A DNA stretch of 63,726 nt, filler included, from Diploschistes diacapsis (GCA_023645945.1; 16 parts of 16 records of this genome joined end to end with filler, not necessarily neighbours in it); one strand, 5' to 3'; shown: positions 36,800-49,775, numbered from the whole stretch's first letter. A program made the numbers and translations. Notes: generated by a model not told the origin, from the letters alone.

Positions 36800-38113
36800 T
36801 ATCCGATTACACGTCATAGTCACCCCAGTAAGGATGGTAACAGCTTTTCACACGTCAATAGTGCTCTTTGCAAGCAATTTTAGCGACGGTGTTCACGGCT
36901 TTCCTTCGGCGACTTTTCGCATTGGGTATCAAGATTTCTACAACGTCAGCTTGCTTTTGTTTAGGCTTTCTGTAAGTGTGGCTGTATCAAGATACCTTGA
37001 CATCTTTGAAGGGGCGAACTCGAGTCTGATATACCCAATTTCCTCTTAATCGGCGCTTCTGCTGTTGTTGTAAGCCGATGTCTTTGCGCTTCCTGAACCC
37101 AGACGGCTTTACTCTTCAAGTTCTTTTTCTCCGCACTTGCTTGACCCGTAGCTTCTGTAGCTGTCTCTTCCAAAGCCGTAGTGCTTCAAGCAGCGGTATT
37201 GCAACGAAATATTGAAGTGGCCCTCCGGTGCATTGTCGAGACCACGGCGCTTTGTTGAAGGTGGGTCTGCATTCGATATGTTCCATGGGCCCTGGGCCTT
37301 GCTTTGGCTACCTGTAATACTCATTTACTCACCTCATGGAGCAACGTGGCATAGTAACCCTGAAACCGATTGCAAGGTTGTGTAACCACATGGGAGACCG
37401 GATACTCTACAACGCTTCAATAATTCATCCGCAAATGCCGCTCGTAAGTCGGGTATGCTAGTGTTCTGCGCTACTGTGGAGGTAAGGGTGTGCACCATGA
37501 TGATTATTATTCTGGACTTTTGCTCTTCAATACTGAGTCTCCTCCTTTGTTTCCCAACGGTTTCGACATGCACAATGTACGTCCACATCCGCCAGTCTTC
37601 ATGGAGGCAGTGCATCGATATTCTGCTATATTCCTCGACACTCACATGGGATGATGGGGGACAATAGGCCAACAACGAACAGTTAGCAAGAAATACGAAA
37701 TTCCTATTTACCCTACAGCATTAGCTTGTGTGTCCAGACATTCAAACCAAGTAGGTTGAAGAAAATTTAGATGGCAGCAGACAACTTCTCGACCGCGACC
37801 GTATGCCGTGTCAGAAGACGCATCTCATATTTGGTCGACTGCAAAATAGTTTAGCAGAGACTCACTCAGGCATTTCTATGGAAAAGGCTTCGCGAGTATC
37901 AAAAATTAGGGCTCGAACTAGCTAGTATATGGCAATCCCAATATGGATACCAGCTTTGATGATCGGCCAAAGTTACGCGGTTGTTGTACATAGTATATCG
38001 CATATCAATTCCACAAGATTTAGCAATCATTCTCGCCCATCTTCCCGCCATCGCCTCACAAAATATGGCTCCAAAGTCGCCTCCCAACCTGAAACCTGAG
38101 ACCAATGAGGATA

Positions 38114-39984
38114 TCACCTGGGGAAATCCACGAATGGCAGCCCAATTTCCTTGGAGATGTACTCCAGGACTGCCAGAATCTTCTCATCCTCAAACCTGCG
38201 GCCGACGAGCTGCAGTGAGACCGGGAGTCCGTCGAAAGTATCCGGATCCCCTTGCTGCTTGTTAGCGTTTCCCCACGCAAAGGCCTCCCTCTAAGCAATT
38301 TGAAAACTTACACAGCTCCCAGTTTTCCCTGTCCACCTCTCCCAGAAACACTCCCCTCTCTTCCTTTCCGTCCACCGCCTTGTCTACCTTCAGAACCGGA
38401 AAGCTAACCCCCGGATAATCCAACAGATTCCACTGACTCGTATATCCCCAGTACCGCGCCGTATCCTGCCTAGGCGCTACCCCCGGCCCTACAGGACACA
38501 GAATCGCATCTACCACCCCTCTCGGTTCCGTTGTTCCCTCATGCACCCCCGTGGCGGTTTCATTCCATGCCCGCGCGTACTCGCTCCTGTAGGCTTCGCG
38601 CTCTTCGAACCGGTACCAGAGCTCGGACGTCTTGAGCTTTTTCACGCACGGGTTTTCCCGGAGCATCCATGTGGTCAACGGAAGCCACGGCTCGCCGGAC
38701 TCGGACATGATCTCGGCTTCCTCGGCACCGCCGCCGGGAAAGTAGAGGCTTGATACTATGGCCCAGGCTTCATCGTGGAGGTGCGGGTGCCAGTCCACTA
38801 TTGAGACATTGGGTACGTCTGCAATTTTGGTAGTGATAGCTTTGAGGGCGCGTATGATGGGCGGGTGCGGCTGGACGATGCCGTCATTCCACATGATGCC
38901 TATCTTGAGCGGTTGCTGAGCTGAAATAGTGTAGGATGCATTCCAGTGAATAGGGACAAGGGCAGGCTCGTGGAGCCACGGTTCGGCTGAGAGGACTGTT
39001 TGCATGAAGAGCTTCAGGCCCTCGAGACTAGTGCTCAGGGGGCCGATCACTGCAGCTATGGGGTCTGCACTCGGCGGAGTGCTTGACCAGCCGTCTGTTG
39101 GGATGCGGAAGGCGGTAGGCTTAAGACCGTAGATACCATTGTTGGCGGCTGGGCTTCGGATGCTACCTGGCTATGATGAGCATACTGCATGCACTGTTTG
39201 AGAGTACACGGGTCTTGCCGCCTATGTCCGTTCCTATCCCAAGACAGCTTCCCCTTGCTCCAATCAGAGCTCCCTCTCCGCCAGACGACCCACCCGCGGA
39301 GAGACTTGTGTTGTATGGATTGACAGTCACTCCATAGAGGTTGTTGTCAGTTTCCAAGTGCATCAATGTCTGAGGCTGAGTCGTCCGAGCGTGGAAGACT
39401 GCCCCGGCGCGAAACAAGATGTAAAGTACGCGAGCATCTTCTGTGGCAAGCCTATCCCACCACGCAACGTACCCAGCATTCAGGCCCAGGCCTTTCATCC
39501 CAATGTGCTCTTTGACACTGATTGGCAGTCCATGGAGGGGTCCTAGTGGCTTTCCGTGTGTCATGAGATATTCGTCCAGGAATTTAGCCCGGACCAGAGC
39601 TCGCTCAGGCAGCAGCTCCGTGATACAATTCGTCTATTCGGCAACAACGCGACTTAGAAACTGACTGAACCAAAGAGACTGCTCGTCACCCACCAGCTTC
39701 TGGACTAGGGCCGCTCGACGAAGAAAAGCATTGGTGACTGCTGTTGCCGCAACCTTGCCAGTCCGCAGTCGTTCTAACAGCTGCTGGGGCAATAGCTCCG
39801 TGATCGCGACTTCGTCTGAAGTCAAGTAGGATCGTATAGTATCGAAAGTGTCCCGAGGGCTCTCTATAGGGCCCTCTGGTACTGGTGGCTCGATTTCCGC
39901 AATCGTTGCATCTCGATATCTCTGAGCCTCTTTAGCAATCTCTTGCCACGGTCTTTGCCGTTCTTTGACCATGGTACTGTCCAT
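38114..39984 (-). CDS. Amidase-signature family protein (acetamidase-like), multi-exon
   Basis: GPLHGLPISVKEH, AGGSSGGEGALIG, GIGTDIGG|SIRSPAANNGIYGLKP, YWGYTSQWNLLDYP; last exon GLPVSLQLVGRRFEDEK ending at 38114. Confidence 0.93.
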
Positions 39985-40684
39985 CGAGCCTTCAATGTCT
40001 ATGCCAACAATCTCGTACTCACCAAGGGCTAATGATGTGGGAAGATTAGAGGAAGTCGAAATTAGTAAGAGATCCACAAGACCTGGTAGTGAGAAGGATG
40101 TAGGACCTATCGATATTCGGTAGCCACGGTTTGATGAGTATTTTCAGTCTCCTTCACATTCGAGCGGAGCGGTTGACGTTTCTTTGCCCCAATTCTTAAG
40201 CTCTCACAAAAAGGTTGTCCGTATAGCAGAAGTTCAAGGCTAGGCTGAATAACTAGGAGGTTCGTAGGTAGTGCAGGGAGCAGCAACGCTTCTACTACGT
40301 TGCCTTGTTGATTTCCCATGCAAAAGCGGGCAGCACTGGATCTTATTGGTATGCGGATCAAGGTTTGATGTATCTGAGCATCATCGGGCTTCAATTGTAT
40401 GCCTACAATCAGTAGTCTAGTCTCGTCTAGTCTAGAGGTGGATCCTGTAAATGAGTGCCCTCCCTGTCACGATTCTCACCATCTCACAGACGTGGCTCCT
40501 CTAGTTCTTATCCAAATCAAATCCCCTTTCGAGTTCCCCCGCCGAGAGTAGTCTCATACTTGCATGTACCTTACCCATATCCATCTTGCCTGTCCAGTCT
40601 TGACTTTGTCTTGCTGCGCTGGCTGGTTGACTGTTGTCTCCGCAAAATCCCAACAACGCCTCCTGCATCATTCTGTCACCGCTT

Positions 40685-40719
40685 ACTTTGCTTTACTTTG
40701 CTTTGCTTTGCTTTGCTTG
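40685..40719. repeat. (CTTTG)n pentanucleotide repeat
   Basis: ctttgctttactttgctttgctttgctttgcttg upstream of the 40858 gene. Confidence 0.75.
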
Positions 40720-40857
40720 CATTTCCTATTTCCTCCACAGCAATCTTGGCCCATAATAATATTTCCCCGGGCCCCATAATAATCTGGTCGACTTTCGCAT
40801 CTCCTATGCATAGATAGACGCTCGGAACCATAGAAAAAGCAACATTACAGGTCCACC

Positions 40858-42155
40858 ATGTCGTCGGCAGAGTTGGATAACCTCATCTATTCCATGAACG
40901 ATACGGCCAATGATGGTCAGGATCTGGCAATGAACATGCGGGAGCTGATCGCAGACCTCCCCGCCATATCTAGTCTTGCACAGGATCTTGCGACCAATCT
41001 GTCTCTGTTTGGGCGCGTGCTACGAGAGCTTGCCCTGTATTTGGGAACACCAGCAGCACCATACTCGTCGACATGTATCGAAGTTATAGAGGTTACAATG
41101 GATCATGTCGAGAGCCTTTACGATCAAGTCGACGACATATTAGGTCGGTTCGAGAAGGACCGTCACCAAGACTTCCGGCACGCCTTCAAAGACGCAAAGG
41201 TTCTCGGACTGAGCGCGAAGCTGGAGTCGTCAAGGTTGACGCTTGATGTAATGCTAGCAATCTTGCAGTTGCGCGCATTAACCAATTTACAAGAGTGAGT
41301 CGCTTCGAGGAAACTTGCGTATGCCATGAGCTTACGGGATGTTAGAATGGACGGAGGCGACGACCGAGGCATGAGACACCGAATCAAAGACCTCAAGCTT
41401 GAAGCACAGAGCATGATCCTCGACGAGTCCTGGGCTCGGCAGAAAGAGAAGTTGATGGACAGCGGTGAGCTCGACAGTCAGAGCCTCGAAGACAAGCCTC
41501 TCATGCCCCGCCACACCATCACCGAATCTGCCGCGGCCGTCACACTGCTCCTGGATCAGCTCACCATTCGTCATTCCGAACGCTCGCGCAACGGTTCGAG
41601 AGATAAGGTAACTACACCCCTCCAATCCCAACTAGACTCCGTCCTCACCCTTCTCTCCAGTCCCGTCGCCGCTGACATGCCGTTTCACAACCACAGCCCT
41701 CCAAAGGCCGACCCCGCGCCTACTCCCAACCGAGCGCCTACTCCGTACCTCGAGACCGAGGCGGTCGCGCCAGCAGCGACGGCGGCTCACGCTCCCCCTC
41801 TCCGCCGCCCAAGTCCGCTCCAGCAGACAAGAAGGATGGCCAAAACAAGATGATTGAAGAGCTCGCCAAAGCCGCCCTAGCCGCCGGCGTCCTGTCGGCG
41901 TGGCGCTCTCGCAGCAAGGTGCCGGTGCCGCAAGGGGTCAGGGACCGTAAGAACAAGATGAAAGAAAAGGGCAAGCCAAAGCACGGGCAGGGTCTCCTGT
42001 ACGGCATGGCGGGCAAGATCGAGACGATTGCGCCGGCGGCCATTGCGGCCGGTGCGTACGAGGTTTTCAGGAACAGGAAGACGCTCGAGACGAAGCAGGA
42101 CAAGGGAAAGAGGTTCTTCGAGGCGGCGAAGGCAGCGGCCATTGGCAGTAAGTAG
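40858..42155 (+). CDS. Hypothetical protein: HeLo-like/SesA-like N-terminal helical domain plus an Ala/basic repeated C-terminal motif, 3 exons
   Basis: N-terminus ..ISSLAQDL...L..FGRVLREL......FKDAKV..L..KLES..LTL.VMLAILQL fits fungal STAND N-terminal helical domains. Introns ~41295-41345 and ~41609-41696 join the three ORFs in frame. Confidence 0.65.
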
Positions 42156-43108
42156 TAGGTGCCTCGGTGCGTTGAGGTGAAGTGCGATGGACAAAGGTGG
42201 CGTTTATCTTTTGCGTTTGCAGGCTTGGGTTTGGCGGGCGTGCATTCGAGTACCCCATTCGTCTCTCTTCTTACACTTCCAGCATGGCGTGGCGCTGCTG
42301 CATGGTCATAAAACGAGGTATACGACTCTCTATCGACAAAGGCAGGATATTACGACGACATGCAGAAAAGATTACAGCACCTCAAACTGGGTAACCAGCT
42401 AAGGACGGTGGACGGGCCGTAGAATCTTGCTTGTATAGCTTAGCCTAGTGTGCCAGCTGGGTGCATGACTCTACTTCATCTAGATATTTGTTTATATAAG
42501 ATCTCGTCATCGGTCATCCAGAAGACGATGAGCATCATGTTTGTTTCCAAGGCCAGAAGCGAGCCCGTTGTGTATCGGATCGCTTGTTGACTACATGTTA
42601 ATTGCTCTCCCAAGCCTTGGCTTCGATTAAATACTCCAACTCATGATTGCTCAAGTAAAGTCGCGCGGCATCCTAGGTAAATCGGCATGGCCCTATCCAG
42701 GAGTCCGGAGTTCCCAAGCAGCACATCATCAGGGTCGTATCCATGCAGAGTGCTTTTCAAGTGAACCTACCCCATCTCTACGTGGCGAAAGTCATCACCC
42801 TTTGAATTTAAAACTTACTGCTGGGGCTTGCCTTCCAAGTTCCGACCACAAAAAGAAGTGTACAACAAAGCCCAATCCGGCCGATAATATATATATACCA
42901 CAAACTTAGGATTGACAGGCGCGGAGTTGCATGGGAGACCTCTCTCAGCCTTCTTCGGCTTTGCGCTGGCCTCGTTGTCTGTCGACGACTGGATAAGTTA
43001 TAAAGTGCCCACTTCCTCAACACTTTGCGTTGAACACTTTATGTCGCTCCTGCTACGCCACCACTCGTACGTTGAATCTTATGTTATTCAAGTAATTCAT
43101 ATCCAGTG

Positions 43109-43843
43109 ATGGCAAGTCCCAACTCGATAGCCGTTCCCAACTCGACTCGACAATTTTGCCCATGCGGAAGATTCAAGCAGCGTGAAGGCGCGATGGCCAA
43201 GTTTAAAAGAGTGAACAAAGGCGCGCTCGGCATCGTTGAACGACTGCGACTGGCTTCATCATCTCGTGTCTTCAGATGCGGTTTCTGCTGGCAAGATCAG
43301 TCCAAGATATCTGGTAAGGGGGTGTATTACAAAGAGACGAGAGCTGCATCGACCACCACCACCAAAGACTTCGGGACTGGGGCATTTGCACTGCTCGATT
43401 TGAGAGATTGTATCGCCTCGAAATATGTACGTGCGGTGACATTGTGCCACAGAGACAGCTCTCAAGTGGATACGGAAATCCTACATCTCTTGCGGAGTAA
43501 ATTCAAACTCGAGGTGTCATTTATGCGACACCACTTCGACTATAAGGAGTTCAGAGATGAACCAGGCTGTCCTGGAGTGATTGGTAATCGTGGTAGAGAG
43601 GAGAACGATCCGAAGGAAGGGAAACGGACTTTTGGTGGCCGTTGGAACCCTGTCCGACTTCCGTCAGAAACGCGCGCCTCCATTCTCCGTTTGAGCGTGG
43701 ACTCGGAATGCTTGTCTGTCTGCTGCAGAGATGGGATTGGTAAGTCTGGCTTCTACCAGATGTCCGGCGAGGTTGAAGGAATAACCAGAAATAGTCATTT
43801 GCACTCATCCGGTCAAAAGCCGTTTATCAGAAACCGCAGTTAA
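43109..43843 (+). CDS. Hypothetical protein, probably truncated or RIP-eroded toward the contig end
   Basis: 244-codon ORF with LRSKFKLEVSFMRHHF and RLPS (weakly like N-terminal regions of fungal CorA-like proteins). A GTAAGT donor lies near 43740; sequence turns AT-rich after ~43840. Confidence 0.45.
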   Translation: MASPNSIAVPNSTRQFCPCGRFKQREGAMAKFKRVNKGALGIVERLRLASSSRVFRCGFCWQDQSKISGKGVYYKETRAASTTTTKDFGTGAFALLDLRDCIASKYVRAVTLCHRDSSQVDTEILHLLRSKFKLEVSFMRHHFDYKEFRDEPGCPGVIGNRGREENDPKEGKRTFGGRWNPVRLPSETRASILRLSVDSECLSVCCRDGIGKSGFYQMSGEVEGITRNSHLHSSGQKPFIRNRS

Positions 43844-44199
43844 TAAATCCCGGTTATTCTGAACGTTATCTTAACAAATATACAAAATCGAGTGTACACG
43901 CAATATACGACAGAACCTAATAATGTTCGTAATTAATAATTAAAACCTAAAAAAAATAGATATTTAAATGTTAAACGTTTTTATAGCGCGATATAAATTG
44001 TATAATAAAAATGAAACATAAAATGTAAAATATGAAAAACTTGAAAATTATGTTTTAATTTCTGTAAGATATATATAATAAATTTAAGTAGCGTTATATN
44101 NNNNNNNNNNNNNNNNNNNNNNNNNNNNNNNNNNNNNNNNNNNTTAATTAATTAANNNNNNNNNNNNNNNNNNNNNNNNNNNNNNNNNNNNNNNNNNNN

Positions 44200-44720
44200 T
44201 ATAAGTTAAAATAAACGGCCAAAGATTGGTATAAAAAATACGGTAATATAATTCTAAACTTAGGATTCGTCTGATTTAATATTAATCCGTACGTCTTCAT
44301 TTTGCGAGATCGAAAGCTATTGATTAATCTTTATATGAACGATATTATTATAACAACACCGGACTTATATGATATATGCTAATTTAAGAAAGTACTGGCT
44401 GAACGCTATAAGATCAAAAATTTAGGAAAGATGAAAAAGCTTCTAGACATAAGACTTCAGCAATAACGCAGTTTAGGTTTAAGTTTAACAAATTCAGCTA
44501 AACTAACCCTAAATTAAGAAACATACGTCAAGAAGATGCTCCAGCGTTTCAATATAATAACGGACATATATAAAAACCAAAAGATACCGCTTAATAAATA
44601 CGACGGTATTAAATTAAGCAAAAAATCCTCCGAAACAATTAATAAAACATAGTATCAAAAGATTATTAGTAGTATTATACATTTAACGATTTATACGAGA
44701 TTAAATATTATATTTACTAT
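44200..44720 (+). mobile_element. RIP-degraded Ty1/Copia reverse transcriptase fragment
   Basis: LK*TAKDWY...LGFV...NPYVF...LINLYMNDII (YVDD)...YKIKNLGKMKKLL.I...YQKIISSIIHL.I.TR. Confidence 0.85.
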
Positions 44721-44955
44721 TATAAACACAAGGCGCGCTGTCTAGGGAGACTTCCCTTGCTGTAGTAGGTAGGTAGTCGTAGGTGGTGTAGTAGGGGAAT
44801 GTAGTATGATCTCGTAGTCAACAGCATACCTAGGTAAGACATTTGTGAGGTATAGGATACATTAATTGTCTAGAGCTACCTAGCAGGCCTCCTTAAATGG
44901 AGCTGCCCTATAAGGACCATCCCTATCAAGTCTGCGGTTTACTTTTATATTTATA
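44721..44955. mobile_element. 235-bp LTR-like repeat, family C
   Basis: Reverse complement of 50901-51135; termini TGTAAAC...GTTTACA, RIP-mutated here. Confidence 0.75.
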
Positions 44956-46869
44956 TACGATCTTCCCTTCAATAATTCGCTGTCCCATAGCAAACTCTAT
45001 ACAAGTCTTATTAATAAGAAATCTCTATCCTATTATTTTTATATCTTAATATAGTCCTATACCTCTCCGACAATTAAAATATTTAAAAACTTATTATCCT
45101 TAATGTTTTTTCTTCGACGTAGTCGTGTTTCTAGATCTATCTTCTTATATTTTACTTTCCTAAAAACAGCTAGATAAAAAGGCGGTACCTATCTAAAGAC
45201 ATCCCTATCTCCGATAATATTTATATCATCCGTAAATACTCCGCCCGATAAATACAACTAACAACACGTCTTTCCCTTTTTTCTCTTCTATCTCTTCTTT
45301 CGTCACCTTTCTCGAGCGGGTAACAGTAAATAAACAAATCGATATATAAATAATAAGTAAACAAGAAAGCACTAAATAAAAAAATCGATTACATAAAAAT
45401 CTATAAGTAAGAATGTATTAAGTAAGTAAATAATACTTTTTTTTATTATAGGCCTTTAAAGTTTTATAATACTAATTTTAATTCTTAATTATATAACTTT
45501 TAATTAAAATGGTTCTATCTTTTTATAAACTTTCCTTATATTTTTCCTTTTCTATTTATAATTTAGATATCTATAAATTCATCTTTAATGTTTAATTCCC
45601 AATCCTATTCCGTANNNNNNNNNNNNNNNNNNNNNNNNNNNNNNNNNNNNNNNNNNNNTTAATTAATTAANNNNNNNNNNNNNNNNNNNNNNNNNNNNNN
45701 NNNNNNNNNNNNNNTAATTTCCCCGTATTTTTATTCATTGATAATAAAGATATTTTAATTTTTCGTAACCCGTTTCGTGTTTTTGAAAAACTATGATATC
45801 GGATTTTATTAAACTTCTTTTTAACATTAGTCGTCTGTTGGCGAGTCTTTTATACGATATTACGTATTTCTATTCAATGTCGTAATTAAATTGTTTTTTT
45901 AATAACCCTGTTCCTTGATCGGTAATCTCGGCCGAAGTGCTCTATATTGTTATATTCGAAGCTTTTCTTTTCGAAAGAGAATTATTCTTTAGGTCCTTTC
46001 ATCTTTATTTTTTTTTGGAACGGGGTTCGTTGTAAGCCATAACGTCGAAATCTATAATGTCGTCATACTTGTATTTCATTTTTTATACACTCTTTATATA
46101 CTCGGGTCGCTATCTAGATTTTAAATTTATAATTTTTTTTCGCCCGTCACGTCGTTTAGATTATCGATGACACAGCCTATCGTTTATCAAAATATCGTAT
46201 AATTATAAAATATATAATTTGTTTATTTTATTTTAATCGGGCATAATTTCATTTTTAATTGACTTTTTAAAATTAGTCTTATACATTTATATTAATGAGT
46301 CGTTATTTTATTCTGGTTATTCGGAGTATTCTTAAATCTTAACATTTTTTAACGCCAAACTTTGTTAAATAATTCTTCTAATAATTCGTATTACGTCTTT
46401 CTTATTGTTAATAATATTAAAGGTCAATCGGATTCTTTTTTAAACTTTTCGAAATCCGCGAATATCCCGTATTCGTTCTTCTGTCGCTTTGAATAAGTAG
46501 TAACGTGAAATCTTATGGATATTAATACGCGTCCACGTATGACGTTTATAACGAAAAACGGTTCATTTATCTTATAAATCGGTAGTATGTGGTTTCTAAT
46601 AATAATATATAAATAATTATAAAATTGATAATCGAGCTTCTTACATTTTCTCTTAAATTTATTTAATTTAATTGTTTTTAAGAGTTTATTTTCGTTAGCT
46701 TTATGCTTATTGTCAAAATCATATCCTTTAGCCTCCGTGTTATCTCTTATAACGGTATCGAATCTTAAAAGAAATTTAATCTCAGTTCGTGCTGGCGTTG
46801 CTGGCCAATTTGTTGGGGTTACTTTCCCAGTCGTGCTGTTTAATATATTTATTCTCAAGAGACTTTTCA

Positions 46870-47128
46870 TGTTATAATCTCTATCTCAACAAAATCGATA
46901 CAACTAGATTATAACAGGGATCTTAGTCAAAAAAGAATACCCATAAAAATAAATCAAAATGAATTAATAAATGTTGACTCTCTCGGAAAATAGGTTAAAT
47001 ATTAAGAAGTAAGGAATTTAAAGTCATTTATAGTAATAATTAAAGATTTTTTATCAAACAGAAATTATTAAGATTTGAAGAAACCATAAAAAATTTAATT
47101 TATATAAAAATTTTCATTAGTAATATTG
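46870..47128. mobile_element. LTR-like end, family D (inverted, diverged)
   Basis: TGTTATAATCTCTATCTC matches the reverse complement of the GAGATAGAGATCATAACA termini at 49775 and 51955. Confidence 0.55.
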
Positions 47129-47228
47129 NNNNNNNNNNNNNNNNNNNNNNNNNNNNNNNNNNNNNNNNNNNNTTAATTAATTAANNNNNNNNNNNNNNNN
47201 NNNNNNNNNNNNNNNNNNNNNNNNNNNN

Positions 47229-48091
47229 TCTGCTTTATTTACAACGTAAAATATTCCTTTAATAGTCTTAGTGACCCCGTATAGATCAGTTATGTCAATT
47301 TTTAATCTGTATTTCCCGTAATAATATACTTGTGTCGTATTATCGATCTAATTAAAAATCGATAATTTAACGTTTATAAACGGGGTTAGGTTTATTTCGG
47401 TAACGTAACGTTTATTAATAATATTATATTATATATAATTATTTAGGTCGATACGACATTCTAACGACTTAATGTCCCGTATCTTGTTTCTCGTTTGAAT
47501 TACCGGCGCGATCTTTAATGAAATACGATTTACCGGGGTGGAAAGCCCCGGCGATCCTTAAGGTTTTTTGAATTTTTAATAGTGCTTATGGGGGTGTGAT
47601 TTGGGTTCGTTTGTGTTTTCGGGTTTAGATATTTTAATAAAATGTGCCCGTATTCTTAATAATTATAATATTATATTTTTAATATATCGCGAGATAGTCG
47701 GCTAATCGTCGATAATTCGCTCCTGTTTTCGGAATTAAAAACCTTTTAAAAATTTCGCGTCGACAGCGACTTTCCTTATCGAGCTTTACCTCGCTGTAAA
47801 CCTTCTAATAAATTCTTTATTTGAACCGTTAAGGACACTAAATCTTTATAATTCTTCGAAATATTAATCGTTTATATTAAAAATCGCTAAATATCCGATC
47901 GTAACTTTATTAAAAAGTATTAACGCCGTTATTCTTCCGTATATTTTAATAGCTGCGTTTTTAACCTAACTAAATATTATTCGAAAGAATATACCGACTA
48001 AATTACTTCTTATTAAACATTCGCGTACTTTTAGATAGTTTTAAATTCACGATTTTTTAAATCCTTTATTCGATTTAATAAATAACGTTTA
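47229..48091 (-). mobile_element. RIP-degraded LTR-retrotransposon gag-protease relic (Gypsy-like)
   Basis: Minus strand: YYNY*EYGHILLKY (mutated CxxC-x4-H-x4-C knuckle), then protease-like ECRIDLNNYI*YNII...YYYGKYRLKIDITDLYGVTKTIKGIFYVV. Confidence 0.65.
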
Positions 48092-48642
48092 TGTTAAGCA
48101 AACAGGCAGAAGGCATGATTAAGAATATAACTAAGTTCTAGAAGGAAGTTCAGTTCAGCTGAACTCTGAAGTTCAGTTCAGTTCAGCTGAACTCTGAAGT
48201 TCAGTTCAGTTGAACCTCCTGGAATTTCAACTAGACCGAATAAGGAATAGTATAGGTAGTAAAACTTAGCGTATCCCACGAGGATAAAAATCTATAAAGT
48301 AGGGTAATTTTCTGGTTAAGATTTCTAAACTTTAATATATCCGTTTCGTTGTTAAATAGGTTATAAACCCGGATTAATATTTGCTTTATTACGCTTAATC
48401 GTTTATTAAAATTACGTTTCCCGGTAGTTGTTACGGTTACGAACGCGGGTACCGATTACGTTATTTAACGTAAATTAAATCGAAGAGATCTAAAAACCCA
48501 GAATCTGAATTATAAGATTTTAGGATAGGTTGATTTAAAGGTAGAAGTTATATTATTTTAAAAGAACGCGGGACCTTAATACGCTGGCTTAGGGTAGGTC
48601 TAAATAAGAAGTAGTTGGATCTAGATATCATCTATATAGGTT
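48092..48642. mobile_element. LTR-like repeat family B, second copy
   Basis: TGTTAAGCAAACAGGCAGAAGGCATG; collinear with 22198-22700, with expanded GTTCA/CTGAAC repeats. Confidence 0.8.
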
Positions 48643-48742
48643 NNNNNNNNNNNNNNNNNNNNNNNNNNNNNNNNNNNNNNNNNNNNTTAATTAATTAANN
48701 NNNNNNNNNNNNNNNNNNNNNNNNNNNNNNNNNNNNNNNNNN

Positions 48743-49775
48743 TAATGACGATAATAAATTAAAGAAATTTAGAAAAAACTAAATAGAATTTATAAACTAA
48801 TTCGACGAAATGTTGATTTCTTTCTACGCCGGTGGCAGCGCACCATCTCTTAATTCCCAGTTTATTTACAATAACGACATAACCGTCAATAACTAAAAGT
48901 CTTGCGGGTTGCCCGTAAGCATCATACTATTGTTTAGGTCACCGGCCGCCACCGCTTCCTCATCTAATTAATTAATAAAGTATTTTATTTACTTTATAAA
49001 TTTCTTTTCGATTAACTTAAAAGTTTTACAAAATCTTTCTATCCGGGTTTTATATTTTATTAATTAAGAAAAAAGTTTTCGCCTTTTCTTTTCTTTTAAT
49101 TCTAATCGAGATTTCGTTTAAACGCGCATTCTATTTATAACCTTTTAAGATATCAATATACAATTCTTTTAATCGAGACGGGCGTATCTTTCGTATCGAG
49201 AAGAAATGGACGGCATGATAACACAACGGTGAGAAACCGAACAGTAGAAGCAAGAAAAGTCAGCGATTTTACTTACCCGAAGGATTCGATCGGCAAACTT
49301 ATGGTTTGTTACAATCCAAGGTACTAGTCGGTAGTACTTAGCACGCAACAGCTAGTCGGGCACTTCCTAACCATTCTTTATATATAGACCAACCACGGAT
49401 TTAAAGTTATGTAACTGATAGACTTCCGTTAAACAGATATTTATCGAAAATAGATTTATCGAAATAGATATTTATTAATAATAATTTTATTACGATAACT
49501 TTACTGTCGGTAACTGATTATCGTTTTAAATTATATAAGAACGTCGCTGCGATCTTTATAAATCCGGAACGTATTCACTTTTATAAACATCCCTAATTAT
49601 TGCTCGGGATCAATTTATATTCGTTATTTTTATCTTTAGAAAGCTTTTTTTCCAGAAACAGTCTAAGACCTGTAATTACTCTACCTTCTTCTCCTGCTTG
49701 CACTCCTCTTCTAACAGAGACCAAACCCACCTTGACTCTACTTGTGTATACCTTGTATAGATAGAGATCATAACA
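48743..49775. mobile_element. RIP-degraded repeat with a Cys6-like ORF relic, ending in a family D LTR-like terminus
   Basis: Homologous to 57805-59210; 49600-49775 matches 51780-51955; both end ...AGATCATAACA. Confidence 0.7.

Noticed and set aside
36960..37960. Minus-strand segment with splice-like signals between the CCHC gene and the amidase
   Set aside because: No consistent open spliced frame or recognisable family; may be a relic.
46424..46870. 148-aa minus-strand ORF
   Set aside because: Crosses a repeat junction in RIP-degraded DNA; composition reflects AT bias; parent element not identifiable.
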